Positions 19,349 through 29,600 of a stretch of DNA of 64,000 nt are shown here, piece after piece. The notes below the pieces were generated by a model. The model searched no databases, was not told the origin of the DNA, and was given only the letters and a program-made list of their open reading frames with translations. This DNA comes from an uncultured Thermodesulfobacteriota bacterium (lineage in GTDB: Bacteria > Desulfobacterota > Anaeroferrophillalia > Anaeroferrophillales > Tharpellaceae): positions 17,106-81,105 of the forward strand of contig CAZUXG010000002.1 of NCBI GenBank assembly GCA_964623985.1, written 5' to 3'. The stretch's first letter is position 1. Every line of letters starts with the position of its first letter. A program made the translations under genes and the position numbers.

Positions 19349-20065
19349 CTAAGATTTCCCATTTTTAACCAGAGGCATCTTTTCCATCTCGAGCTGGATT
19401 CTTTCGACCCGGCGCTTGACGGCTTCAGTCGGTCGATCCGGACGCCAGAGATGAGGCCCCGGAAGTACCGCCGCCAACAAAGCGGCCTGCCTGGCGTCAA
19501 GCTCGAAGGCATGACAATGAAAATATTTTAAAGATGCAGCTTCCGCACCAAAAATTCCAGGTCCCCAGTCAACACTGTTTAAATAAAATTCAAGAATTTT
19601 CTCTTTACTCCAGAGCAGTTCCAGCCATAGCGTATAATAAACTTCACTGAACTTCCGCCACCAACTTCGAGCCGGCCATAAAAACATGGTCCGGGCCGTC
19701 TGCATAGAGATGGTGCTGGCCCCGCGCAGGACCCCGCCCTTATGCAGAGACCGCAGAGCCTGTCCCAGTTCAATAAAATCAAAACCGTGATGGCGCAAAA
19801 AACGCTGGTCTTCGGAAGCTAGTACAGCGCGCCGCAAATGCGGTGAAAAACCTTTGAGGGCAACCCACTGGTGAGGTTGCGGACAACTTCCTCGTTTAAG
19901 GCCATAGGCAATCCAAGCCCGGGCAACCGGAACTGTCAGGGGTGGTTTCATAAAACCGAAAATGAAAACCTGCAAAACCGTAAGTAAAACCACAAACAGA
20001 AACAGGATCAAAAACCGGCTACGCCATGAACTAGATTTTTTATTTTTTCGGCTTTTTAGCAACAT
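19349..20065 (-). CDS. mtgA: Monofunctional biosynthetic peptidoglycan transglycosylase
   Basis: 238 aa. N-terminal TM helix and GT51 motifs (ASEDQRFLRHHGFD, RGASTISMQ). Confidence 0.85.
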   Translation of the reverse strand: MLLKSRKNKKSSSWRSRFLILFLFVVLLTVLQVFIFGFMKPPLTVPVARAWIAYGLKRGSCPQPHQWVALKGFSPHLRRAVLASEDQRFLRHHGFDFIELGQALRSLHKGGVLRGASTISMQTARTMFLWPARSWWRKFSEVYYTLWLELLWSKEKILEFYLNSVDWGPGIFGAEAASLKYFHCHAFELDARQAALLAAVLPGPHLWRPDRPTEAVKRRVERIQLEMEKMPLVKNGKS

Positions 20066-20319
20066 CTTTTTTCAAACTTGACGAATACCAGAAAAAGCAT
20101 TAGAAATGCTTATATGTACAGCAAAAAGACATATAAAATCAAATATATTCTCTTCTTTACCCTCAGACTCTTTTTAACCCTGGTAATACCTCTGGCAGCC
20201 CTGACAACCATTAAAAAATCATCACTATGATGGCAAAGTAAAATGTTCAGATGCGAAGCAACTACCCCAATGACACTTATTCGCGGGGCTAAGGGCATAG
20301 TGAATATTTTTCGAAGCCC

Positions 20320-21018
20320 TCAAAATTTTCCGATTTCAGCCAGCTCGGCAAGTCCCTCCCGATCGACAATAAAGATACTAGCCCCTTCGATGGTGATAAA
20401 CCCTTCCCGTTGCAGCTTACTCAACATTCTTGAAAGGGTTTCGGGAATCGTACCCAACAAGCTGGCCAGCAGGGTTTTGGAGAGTTCTAGCTGTAAGCGA
20501 TCTCCCGCTGACTGTTTCTCACTTAAATAAAGCAAATGAGCCGCAAGACGACCGGGAACCTCTTTTAAAGAGAGCGCATCAATCATCTTGGTAAATTGAC
20601 GTAGGCGCTGAGCAAGGACCGCCAACAGATTGAGGGCCAAGGCTGGATTAGCGGCAACCAAGGCAACAAAATCATCGCGTGGCAAAAAGACCAGGCGACT
20701 GGTTTCAAGAGCCACGGCATGCGCCGGAAAACTTTGACCGGCGAAAACCGGCACTTCCCCAAAGGGCTCACCGGGCCCAAAAATATGCAGAATTTGCTCC
20801 TTACCATCTAGAGAGATCATAAAAATCTTCACTTTTCCTTCTTTCACCAAGTAAAAACCATCCCCCTGATCTCCCTCACTGAAAATGGTTGCCCGCCGTT
20901 TATAACTGACAACCATAGCGATCCCGCTCAGATCCCTAAGATGTTGATCCGCCATTCCGGCAAACAGTGACGTCTCTCCAAGCCATTTAACCAGTGATCT
21001 ATCTTTGTCATCAACCAT
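20320..21018 (-). CDS. Crp/Fnr-family transcriptional regulator (possibly HcpR-like)
   Basis: cNMP-binding fold (GDGFYLVKEGKVKI...GEPFGE) and a C-terminal HTH (TIPETLSRMLSKLQREGFI). The ATG at 21018 is chosen because it gives a typical 232 aa length; the longest ORF extends to 21093. Confidence 0.75.
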   Translation of the reverse strand: MVDDKDRSLVKWLGETSLFAGMADQHLRDLSGIAMVVSYKRRATIFSEGDQGDGFYLVKEGKVKIFMISLDGKEQILHIFGPGEPFGEVPVFAGQSFPAHAVALETSRLVFLPRDDFVALVAANPALALNLLAVLAQRLRQFTKMIDALSLKEVPGRLAAHLLYLSEKQSAGDRLQLELSKTLLASLLGTIPETLSRMLSKLQREGFITIEGASIFIVDREGLAELAEIGKF

Positions 21019-21116
21019 ATTTAACCAACTCTGAAGAAAGCGTAAAAAACGTCCTCTGACCACTGATGCGGCCATCCATTGTTGCAATAACACATTCCCA
21101 AAAAGATTTCAGCTGA

Positions 21117-21130
21117 TTGACTTAAGTCAA
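21117..21130. promoter_or_regulatory. FNR/Crp-type palindromic operator TTGAC-N4-GTCAA
   Basis: Perfect palindrome TTGACTTAAGTCAA in the divergent region between the Crp/Fnr regulator and the two-gene operon starting at 21254. Confidence 0.55.
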
Positions 21131-21253
21131 AGACATTCTATCTTAAAAAGAGTAAGTAGATAAAATCAATACACTTAAAGCACGGCGGCTAATTTAAAGC
21201 CACCACAGTATAATTGTAGTAAAACATTTCAATTAAATATTGGAGAGCTTATC

Positions 21254-21994
21254 ATGCGATGCCCCGGTCAGGATTCCCGTTACTGGAAACATGATGCAAT
21301 CTTTGACTCAAAATGTCCCGAATGCGGTACCGAAATCGAATTTTTTAAGGATCAGACCACCTGCAAGTGCAAAAATTGCGGCAAAAAAGTGGTTAATCCC
21401 AAAATGGATTTCGGTTGTGCCTCTTACTGTCAATACGCTGAACAGTGTATGGGAGAGCTCCCGCCCGAATTGCTCGCCAGCCGGGACGACCTACTCAAAG
21501 ATCGGGTCGCCCTTAAAATGAAGATGCATTTTCGTAAAGATTTTAAAAATGTTGGCCAAGCCACCAAAGTGGCCCGTTTTGCCGCTAAAATAGCTCCTGA
21601 AGAGGGTGCTAATCCAGCCGTCGTTCTCTGCGCCGCCTATCTCCATAATATGGGAGCCAAACTGGCGGAAAAAAGTGCGCCAGAACCATCTTCAAAAGAT
21701 CTTGAGAGAGAAGCTGTCCGCTTGGGTAGAGAGATTCTTGAAGGGCTCAAAGCAAAAGCGGAGTTGATCCAACAAGTCCTGAGCATCATTGATCATATCT
21801 TTCACCCCGGGAATAATGAAAACTTGGACTTCAGATGTGTTCATGATGCCCTTAAGATCTACCAATTACAAAACCAAAATAAAGAAACACCCTTTTCTCA
21901 GGCCGAATTTGCGACCCATATCAAAGAAGATTTCTCGACCAACAGCGGTCGCGAGCTGGCAGGCAAAAGTGTTATTATAAATCAAACATCATAA
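21254..21994 (+). CDS. Cys-rich (zinc-ribbon-like) N-terminus plus degenerate HD-like domain protein
   Basis: 246 aa. CPGQ...CPECG...CKCKNCG...CASYC cysteine cluster, then a helical region with AAYLHNMG (HD-like motif with HN). Good RBS GGAGAG. Confidence 0.5.
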   Translation: MRCPGQDSRYWKHDAIFDSKCPECGTEIEFFKDQTTCKCKNCGKKVVNPKMDFGCASYCQYAEQCMGELPPELLASRDDLLKDRVALKMKMHFRKDFKNVGQATKVARFAAKIAPEEGANPAVVLCAAYLHNMGAKLAEKSAPEPSSKDLEREAVRLGREILEGLKAKAELIQQVLSIIDHIFHPGNNENLDFRCVHDALKIYQLQNQNKETPFSQAEFATHIKEDFSTNSGRELAGKSVIINQTS

Positions 21995-22009
21995 CAATGG
22001 AGATTTGAG

Positions 22010-22768
22010 ATGAAGCTTTTACGAAAAATTATCGAGATCGATGAAGAGTTATGCGATGGTTGTGGACAGTGTGTCCCGGCCTGTGATGAAGGAGCTATTC
22101 AGATAATTGACGGCAAGGCCAAAGTTGTCGCCGAAAAGTATTGCGACGGTCTCGGGGCCTGTCTGGGAGACTGCCCGCAGGGAGCGATCTCAATAGTTGA
22201 ACGGGTGGCCGATGATTTTGACCCTGAAGCAGTTGAGGAGTATCTTAAAGATCGCGATGCCACTGACAACGAAGCCCATGAAAAAAGTCAGCCCGTTGCT
22301 CCTGAAAACCTGGCCTGTGGTTGCCCCTCAACCCAGATGCAGACGTTTACGAAATCCAATTATAACGACAATAAAAAGATCTCCAACAATCCGGCCCCGG
22401 CTTCCGCTCTCGGCCACTGGCCGGTTAAGATCCGCTTGATCCCGGCCCATGCCCCATTTCTTAAGAATGCCGACATTCTTATCCTGGCTGACTGCACCGC
22501 CGTTTCTTATGCAGCCTTACACCAAGAGCTCTTGGTCGACCGCATCGTCATGATGGGCTGCCCCAAATTTGATGACCTGCCCGATTATGAGGAACGTTTT
22601 ACCGAAATATTTGCGAAAAATGAGATCAAAAGTGTAACCGTTGTCACCATGGAAGTACCCTGCTGTTCGGGCCTACCGGTAGCCGTCAATAAGGCTCTGC
22701 AAAAGGCCGGTAAAACCCCTCCAGTTAAAGAGCTGGTCATCAACCTTAAGGGTGAAGTTCTGAAATAA
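22010..22768 (+). CDS. 4Fe-4S dicluster ferredoxin-domain protein with a C-terminal Cys-containing domain
   Basis: 252 aa. CDGCGQCVPAC and C...CLGDCPQGAI cluster motifs, then CGCPS, MGCPKF and VPCCSG. Lies 16 bp after the preceding gene with a GGAG RBS, consistent with an operon. Confidence 0.55.
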   Translation: MKLLRKIIEIDEELCDGCGQCVPACDEGAIQIIDGKAKVVAEKYCDGLGACLGDCPQGAISIVERVADDFDPEAVEEYLKDRDATDNEAHEKSQPVAPENLACGCPSTQMQTFTKSNYNDNKKISNNPAPASALGHWPVKIRLIPAHAPFLKNADILILADCTAVSYAALHQELLVDRIVMMGCPKFDDLPDYEERFTEIFAKNEIKSVTVVTMEVPCCSGLPVAVNKALQKAGKTPPVKELVINLKGEVLK

Positions 22769-23194
22769 GTAAACAATGACTAATCTAACTGGCCTTGCAG
22801 TTGCCATAATTCCTGCATGAAAAGTCAGATTTGATGTTGTTTTACGGGTAACGGTTCAGATTGTGGCTCGCGCCACTCGCACAATCTAACCTTATTCGTT
22901 ATGCTTGTTTGCAAATTGGTTATTATTTTACAGCCCTATTAAGTGCTCAAATTTTTCCGATGTTCACGAGGGGTAACAAAGGTACGATACCCTTCCCACT
23001 CTTCAGTTTTTAGGCTCATATAATGTTCATATAGAGGGATTCCGAGAAAAGATTTTAAGAATTTGCTCTTTTCAGCCAGGACAAGAACTTCATACATACT
23101 TTTGGGAAGAAATTTATTATCCCATAAACGGGAGTTTTTTCTCGATGAGTAAAAAGTCTATGAAAGCCATATTTTCAATGCGCAATAAAATCAG

Positions 23195-24403
23195 TCACTT
23201 ACGTTTATGCCGGGAATTGCTGGAATGATGAGGAGAAAAGAAGGAAGTAGCACTTTTTGCCATTGTGAAAAATCTGCTTCCGGCCACAAAAGAGAGCTCA
23301 ACTTCACGCTGTTTGATACTCAATAGGAAAGCCCCCACGATAATAAAGACAAGGTTCGGCAAACAGAAAAAAAAGATCGCCAACGGGGGCTGCCATTCAG
23401 CCAGATATTCGCTTACCATACCGCTCAAATAATATACTAAAAGAAAGAATAGCCCGAAAACAAAACCCTGGAAACGGGCTCCACTGCGCACTGGCACCAG
23501 GGCCAGGGCCAACCCCAACAAGGCAAAAGCGAAACAGGAAAAAGGCTGGGTAAAACGTTCGTAAAGAATCGCTTGGGTTCCGACCGAGTTTCTCCCCTGG
23601 CTCTTTTTAAGAGCAATCTTGCGCAACAGGTCAGCATTCGACAAAGCCTTGCTTCTGAGTCTTACCTGCCCCCTCTCACCCAACAGAGTGGCGATATCAA
23701 AATTGATACGGTATTGAGAAAAATCAGTTATCCGGTAACCCTCCGCCCGCGAATCATACTCATGGATCGTCCCCTCTTCAAGCTGTAATAACAGGGTAGA
23801 TGAGCTACGATCACTGACAATCACCCCCTCTAATGCCGTAATTGTCTGGGAGTTTTCGCCAGACCTGCGATCCTCGATAAAAACCTCCGCCACTCGGCCG
23901 GTTTCCCGATCAATCTTACCCATATAGATAGCCATACCCGGAAACACCAGATTAAGGGCCCGGGAACGCAAGGCCAGGGTCACTTTTTCCTGGAGGATCT
24001 CAAAAGTCACTTGACGGACCTGGCGCATCCCCCAAGGAGCCAGCCAGGCACTCACCAACAATGCCACAATAGAGCAGGCGACAGCAAGCTGCAAGACCGG
24101 CTTAAACATAGCATAAGGCGATACACCTGCAGCCTTTAAAGCCACAACTTCCCCATCACCAACCATACGACCCAAACCAACCAGAACCGCAAAAAAGAAC
24201 GAAATCGGCAGAGCCATAGTCAAAATCTGAGGAACCAGAGCAAAGACCAAACGCATTACATCCCAAATTCGCACCCCTTCGGAAACCACCATATTGACAA
24301 TCTTAAAAAGTTGTCCCATTAAAAGGATAAAAACCAGCACCACCAGGGCATAAAAAAAGGGCAGTAGAATTTCCCTCTGCAAATAGCGATTAATAATTGA
24401 CAT
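23195..24403 (-). CDS. LptF/LptG-family LPS export permease (YjgP/YjgQ)
   Basis: 402 aa. Start MSIINRYLQREILLPFFYALVVLVFIL, with six predicted TM helices and a periplasmic beta-jellyroll insert. Confidence 0.75.
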   Translation of the reverse strand: MSIINRYLQREILLPFFYALVVLVFILLMGQLFKIVNMVVSEGVRIWDVMRLVFALVPQILTMALPISFFFAVLVGLGRMVGDGEVVALKAAGVSPYAMFKPVLQLAVACSIVALLVSAWLAPWGMRQVRQVTFEILQEKVTLALRSRALNLVFPGMAIYMGKIDRETGRVAEVFIEDRRSGENSQTITALEGVIVSDRSSSTLLLQLEEGTIHEYDSRAEGYRITDFSQYRINFDIATLLGERGQVRLRSKALSNADLLRKIALKKSQGRNSVGTQAILYERFTQPFSCFAFALLGLALALVPVRSGARFQGFVFGLFFLLVYYLSGMVSEYLAEWQPPLAIFFFCLPNLVFIIVGAFLLSIKQREVELSFVAGSRFFTMAKSATSFFSPHHSSNSRHKRK

Positions 24404-24408
24404 AATTT

Positions 24409-25149
24409 TTACAGGTCTCCCGACTCTTTCAGGCTAACCACTTGACAACCGGCAACGATCAGGTGGTCAAGAAGACGAATGTCCAAGATTGCGGCGGCTT
24501 TTTTTAATTCTTGGGTGATCTTAAGATCTTCGGCGGATGGTGTCGGACTGCCACCCGGATGATTATGAGCTACCAACAAGGCTGCCGCCCGATGCAGTAA
24601 GGCTCTGGTCAATACTTCGCGCGGATAGACAACACTCATATCCACCGTACCCCGATGAACCACTTCACTCGCGATCAAACGATGGCGGTTATCAAGAAAA
24701 AGAACCAGAAACTGCTCTTCAGAAAGCCCCTCAAGGCGGGCCCGACAGAGTTCTCCAATCTGCTCCGGTGAAGTTACGGTTTGACGTTGACAATCAGGCC
24801 TCTCAAGATAGAGAACCAAAAGTTCCCGACACAACTTAAGGAATAAAGCACTTTGCGGACCCATCCCGGCAACCCCTTGCAAACGATCCAAAGGGGCATC
24901 GAGAACCCTTTTTATAGTCTCAAAATTACGCAACAGCTTTTTCGCTAAAGGCTTTACATCACGCCGCAGGATTGTGTACCCCAAAAGCAGCTCAAGAACC
25001 TCATAGTCATGCCAACCACTCAACCCTTGTTTAGCAAAACGCGCTTTCAATCGCTGCCGATGACCGATTTGATCAGAGGTCTCAGACTTCACCTTGTTTT
25101 TCACCATACTCTTTATCCAGTGAGCGATCTGCAATGAGCAGGGTTTCAC
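24409..25149 (-). CDS. radC: RadC-family JAB/MPN-domain protein
   Basis: C-terminal JAMM motif HNHPGGSPTPSAEDL and N-terminal helix-hairpin-helix region. The start may be an internal Met. Confidence 0.75.
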   Translation of the reverse strand: MKPCSLQIAHWIKSMVKNKVKSETSDQIGHRQRLKARFAKQGLSGWHDYEVLELLLGYTILRRDVKPLAKKLLRNFETIKRVLDAPLDRLQGVAGMGPQSALFLKLCRELLVLYLERPDCQRQTVTSPEQIGELCRARLEGLSEEQFLVLFLDNRHRLIASEVVHRGTVDMSVVYPREVLTRALLHRAAALLVAHNHPGGSPTPSAEDLKITQELKKAAAILDIRLLDHLIVAGCQVVSLKESGDL

Positions 25150-25402
25150 TGTAAACTATAAACTATACCTATTTAAACTTCTTTACACTTTTACTGATAG
25201 ACAAAAATCATGATTAGCATAAAGTGCAAATTTCATTGAAAAATTCCGACCCAGCACCACCTAAACCTAAATATTAAAAATATATGCCATCTTTTCTTAA
25301 TGATCGGGCTTGATTTTTTTAATCTAACACCATACATTGGCAGAACAGTGCTCAGTTTACGAAACCATAAATATAAATCTCTTTAAAAAGGAAATTCAGA
25401 TC

Positions 25403-26185
25403 ATGAAAATCGCAATTTCAGGTAAAGGCGGGGTCGGTAAAACCACATTAGCCGGAACCCTGGCCCGGATCATAGCCGCCAGCGAGCATAAAGTCCTGGC
25501 AATCGACGCCGACCCCGATGCCAATCTCGCCTCGGCCCTCGGTTTCAGTCTCGACGAAGTCAATAAAATCACTCCGTTTGCCAAGATGACCGACTTTATC
25601 CAAGAACGCACCGGATCACAAAAGGGAACCTACGGAGGCATGTTCAAACTCAATCCTAAAGTCGACGATATTCCCGAACGCTTCAGCCTCAGCCGCGAAA
25701 ACCTAAAACTTCTGATTCTCGGCACTATCCCTGAAGGCGGCGGCGGCTGCTACTGCCCGGAGAGCGTCATCTTGAAATTCCTACTGCGCCATATCCTCCT
25801 ACAACGTGACGAAAGTATTATTCTAGACATGGAAGCCGGCCTTGAACACTTAGGGCGCGGGGCCACCAAAGGAATTGATGCTTTTATCGTCGTCGTCGAA
25901 CCCGGCTCACGCAGTCTGCAAACCGCAAGGCAAATCAAAAAACTGGCGGCTGATCTTGGCATCAATCAGGTCTATGTCGTCGGCAACAAAGTTTGCGAAC
26001 CCGGTGACCGGGAGTTCATCACCAACAATCTTGAGGACATAGAAATTCTTGGTTTCCTCGATTACGACCAAGCAATCGTTGCCGCTGATCGACGTGATCA
26101 GGCCCCTTTTGAAGTCAACCCCAAAATTGTCGAAAATGTTAAAAGTATCTATGCCAATTTACAAAATGCATTGGCAACTTCTTAA
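25403..26185 (+). CDS. cooC: CooC/AcsF-type nickel-insertion P-loop ATPase (MinD/ParA superfamily)
   Basis: MKIAISGKGGVGKTT Walker A, AIDADPDANLA, the CxC metal motif GGGCYCPE, and DMEAGLEHLGRG. No CODH or ACS gene is present in the window. Confidence 0.75.
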   Translation: MKIAISGKGGVGKTTLAGTLARIIAASEHKVLAIDADPDANLASALGFSLDEVNKITPFAKMTDFIQERTGSQKGTYGGMFKLNPKVDDIPERFSLSRENLKLLILGTIPEGGGGCYCPESVILKFLLRHILLQRDESIILDMEAGLEHLGRGATKGIDAFIVVVEPGSRSLQTARQIKKLAADLGINQVYVVGNKVCEPGDREFITNNLEDIEILGFLDYDQAIVAADRRDQAPFEVNPKIVENVKSIYANLQNALATS

Positions 26186-26225
26186 CCCGGCGTAGCCAAA
26201 ACCAAATAGGCAATTTATTATTGCA

Positions 26226-26288
26226 CCACAAAGACACGAAATGCACGAAGAAAGGCTTTTTAACTTCGTGACCTTCGTGTCTTTGTGG
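26226..26288. terminator. Long nested palindrome or hairpin between convergent genes (candidate bidirectional terminator or protein-binding site)
   Basis: CCACAAAGACACGAA ... TTCGTGTCTTTGTGG is a perfect 15 bp inverted repeat enclosing a 7 bp inner inverted repeat (CACGAAG/CTTCGTG). An A-run follows on the plus strand. Confidence 0.35.
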
Positions 26289-26355
26289 TAAAAAAATCTT
26301 CTGCCATTTTTTATGTATTCTTAAAAAAAGTTTCGGGATGGCGAAATAAAAACAA

Positions 26356-26604
26356 TCAAATCCCTCGCTGCCGGCACTCCGGGCTACAGTAATAACGTCC
26401 CGAGTCACGCCAACCACCGGTAAGAGCTTCCTTTTCCGGAACATAAAGACCGCACACCGAACATTTGACCATCTTTTCACCTCGTCCCGAAGCTGGAGAG
26501 GAGTTTTCTGAGCCAGTCATCTTTACGTCATTAACCGATGGCCGACCTTTAAAAAGACGAAAAAAAAGATAACCCAACCCAACCCACAGTAAAAATCTAA
26601 ACAC
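26356..26604 (-). CDS. Small membrane-anchored TRASH/YHS-type metal-binding zinc-finger protein
   Basis: 82 aa. N-terminal hydrophobic helix, then CSVC-X21-CSPEC, the TRASH pattern C-X2-C-X19-22-C-X3-C. Its start lies 10 bp downstream of the AsmA-family gene's stop. Confidence 0.55.
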   Translation of the reverse strand: MFRFLLWVGLGYLFFRLFKGRPSVNDVKMTGSENSSPASGRGEKMVKCSVCGLYVPEKEALTGGWRDSGRYYCSPECRQRGI

Positions 26605-26613
26605 TTAGACAAC

Positions 26614-29600
26614 CTATTTTTTATCTATTTCTGCAGCTGTTCCAGAACCATCTTTGGCCCCTACCTGATTTAACAATTTTCCCGGCATTCGCAACAACCT
26701 TACCGGAGTCTTAAAAAACCTCTGAATCATGCTTATGGCTTTTTTGCCCAGTCCGGAAACCGTCTGTGTTTTAATCTTTATGTCATCTAACGGCCCCCGA
26801 GCCGTCATCGGGATCACGACAAAGGTTTTTTTGTCTCCAGTCATGATATAACCGACCACCGGAATCGTGGCAAGCAGTTTATCAACCGTCTGTAACGGAT
26901 GCACCCCAATCTCAAGATCAACCCAATCATCGACCAGAGAGATCAACCCACTACTCAAAAGGTTAAACGCTGGCCCCCGCAGGGCAAACTCTTCGACCTC
27001 TAAAACCCCATCGACAATTGTCCCCTTACCATAAAGCGTTTGATAAGGAACCCCTTGATCAATACTGAACTTCGGTAAACGTAAAGCTGCAAACTGCGAC
27101 AGGTTAAGCAAAGAACAGACATTAGCCACCATGGTAAATTTTTTCAGGCGACCATCATGAAAATTAAAATCGAGTTGGCCATCCAGACTCTCTTCCCAAC
27201 TTTTCAAGGATTTTCCCTGCCAGTCAAGATTGAAATTCACTGAGCCATACCCCCCCAGCATTGGCAAACCACGATCAGGGTTTTTCAAGTAATCATTTAA
27301 GGTTTCAAAATTAATCTCCGCCAACTCGGAATCAACCATAAAATAATCATCATCATAACGCCATTGAGCTGAGGCATAGAGGTCTCCACCGAAACTGCGG
27401 CCGACAAATTTTTCGAAATTGACCCCCAAGGCATCGAAAGAGCAATCACACTCAATCTCATCAATCGTCATCTGCTGCCAACGTAAACTTTGGGCCCGGG
27501 CACTGATATGAAGATTATGACGAGCCAGTATTTCTTTCCAGGATAACAAAGTCTCTACCCGATCCGCCTTAACCTCCTGGGCCAGTTCATTAAGCAGGGC
27601 CACCTTAACCTTACCAGCATTCCGCAGACCGGCTTGCGGTTCCTCTTCTACGCCCTCATCCTTGGGCTCCGGTCGACTAAAAAGAGCATCAAGGTCAAGA
27701 TCCTTAACTGCAACCTCAAGTTCACCATCCAACCCTTCAAAAGAACGCAATTCACCCGAAACACTGACTTGTGATTCCTGCTCACCCCAACGCCAGCGAC
27801 ACTCTTTAATCTTAACTACCGTTTCCGGTCCACCCGAAAAGGAAAATGTAAAATCATTGAAAGATTGCCAAGGCGCTCTTTGGATCGAAGTATTTCCAGG
27901 CCCACTATCAGCTGGCAACAATAACTCTTTGATGGCCCCCTCAAGGTTAACTTTTAAACCCGGCAACCTTTGAGTTTCCTTCTCCTCTTCAGATTTCACC
28001 TCTGTAATAGAGGCTCCGCCCGAGGCGGTTCCGGACTCCGGCTCAGTGATAACCTCTTTGCCGGAAACCGTTTTGGGCAAAGGCAGAAAATCATCCACCA
28101 GAAAACGGGTACCGGTGATCTGTCCATTCAGAACATAGCCCAAGCCCGCTCCAGACTTACTCAGGTCACCCTTGAAAGAAAGATCGGACTCACCCCGTTT
28201 AAGAAGTAAATGTTTGAAATCTATGCTTTCCCAATCAAAATCAGCCAAACAATTCAGACTCTCAAAAGATTGCTCTATAAAAGGCAGTTCAACATCACTC
28301 CAATCCAGATGCAACGTACCCTGCAATTGCAGGTCGGGAAAATGCCTGAGATCACCAGTCAGACGCAGATCTAACGGTGATGGCCCAACCCTGACCCCGC
28401 TGACGGGAAACTGCTGACCCAACAAAAAGTCGAGATGTTCGGGACTGAATTCCCGGCAGTGGGCAGTAAGTTTAATTTGCGGATCGTGGTAGAGTTTTCG
28501 CAAAGAAGCATTTACAGCCTCTCCCGAGAGACCGTTCCAGGAAAAATCGAAATCTGAGACCTCAAGAGAATCACTTTCAAGGACTGCACGACAATCCCCA
28601 ATTGCCAGAAGAGGCCAATCATCAGCAATCTTGAAAAGCAGATTTTTCCCTTTAAGTTGGCCGCCAATAACTCCTGATGGTGGATTTTTTTCAGCCAACC
28701 GGACAATCCTCCGGTAATCGCCTTTCAAATAGGCATTTTCAACAACACAGCGCCCTCCCCTTTGTAAGGATTGATAATAACTCCTCATTTTTTCAGGCAT
28801 GACCTTCCAGGGAAGGAGCTGGAAAACCGTTAAGGGATCAAATTCAGGGATTTCAAGTCCCGCCTCAATCGTACCATCGATACCGCACCGGGCTTCATGT
28901 AGTAAACAATGACCCATAAGTTTTAAACCATCGGCATCAATCGTACACTTTAGTGTCTCGATTGTATTATAGCGATCGGCCAAACGAAAATCATAATCAA
29001 CCAAAAAATGATTAAATTTTAATTTCTGACTGAAAACCTGTTGGTAATCAAGTTCGGCCTGATGTAGTACGATACGGCCGGAAGACCTGAACAAACCCAT
29101 CAGATTACCCCTATAAGTTGAGTCAATGTCAACCCGGGCCCCGATAAATCGCATCGGTACATATTTCTGATAGTAAGGAAAGTAGGTCGCCGCATTAAGA
29201 TTTTCGGCGTCGACCTGACAATCCAGAAACATCTGGTCAGGACACAACGGCCACCGTAAAGCCGACAAGCTCCCCTCAATATTCAAGGAACCATCACCTT
29301 GTTTATCAACTACCCGGGCCGTCAATGTAAATTCAGCTGGAGCTCCAAACTTGTGCCATTCAAAAAGAGAGTTTAACTCTTCCAAATGAGTCAGGATCGG
29401 TGACCTCCCTAAACCGTGGTCCGTAAAAACCACCGAGCCATCAATAATCTCCACCAACGCTTGACTTACATCGGCATCAAAACGCCATGCCCTGAAAAAA
29501 CCTATTGACTCTCTGCGGCCAACATTTTCACCAAGATAATCGGTAAGTCTTTCAGGAAGAACTTTAACGGTTTTACACTTATTTTTAGGATTTGTAAGGA

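Noticed and set aside
22939-23096. 52-codon minus-strand ORF (MYEVLVLAEKSKFLKSFLGIPLYEHYMSLKTEEWEGYRTFVTPREHRKNLST) between the Fe-S operon and lptF
   Set aside because: No RBS, no recognisable motif, AT-rich context. Cannot be distinguished from a chance ORF without comparative data.
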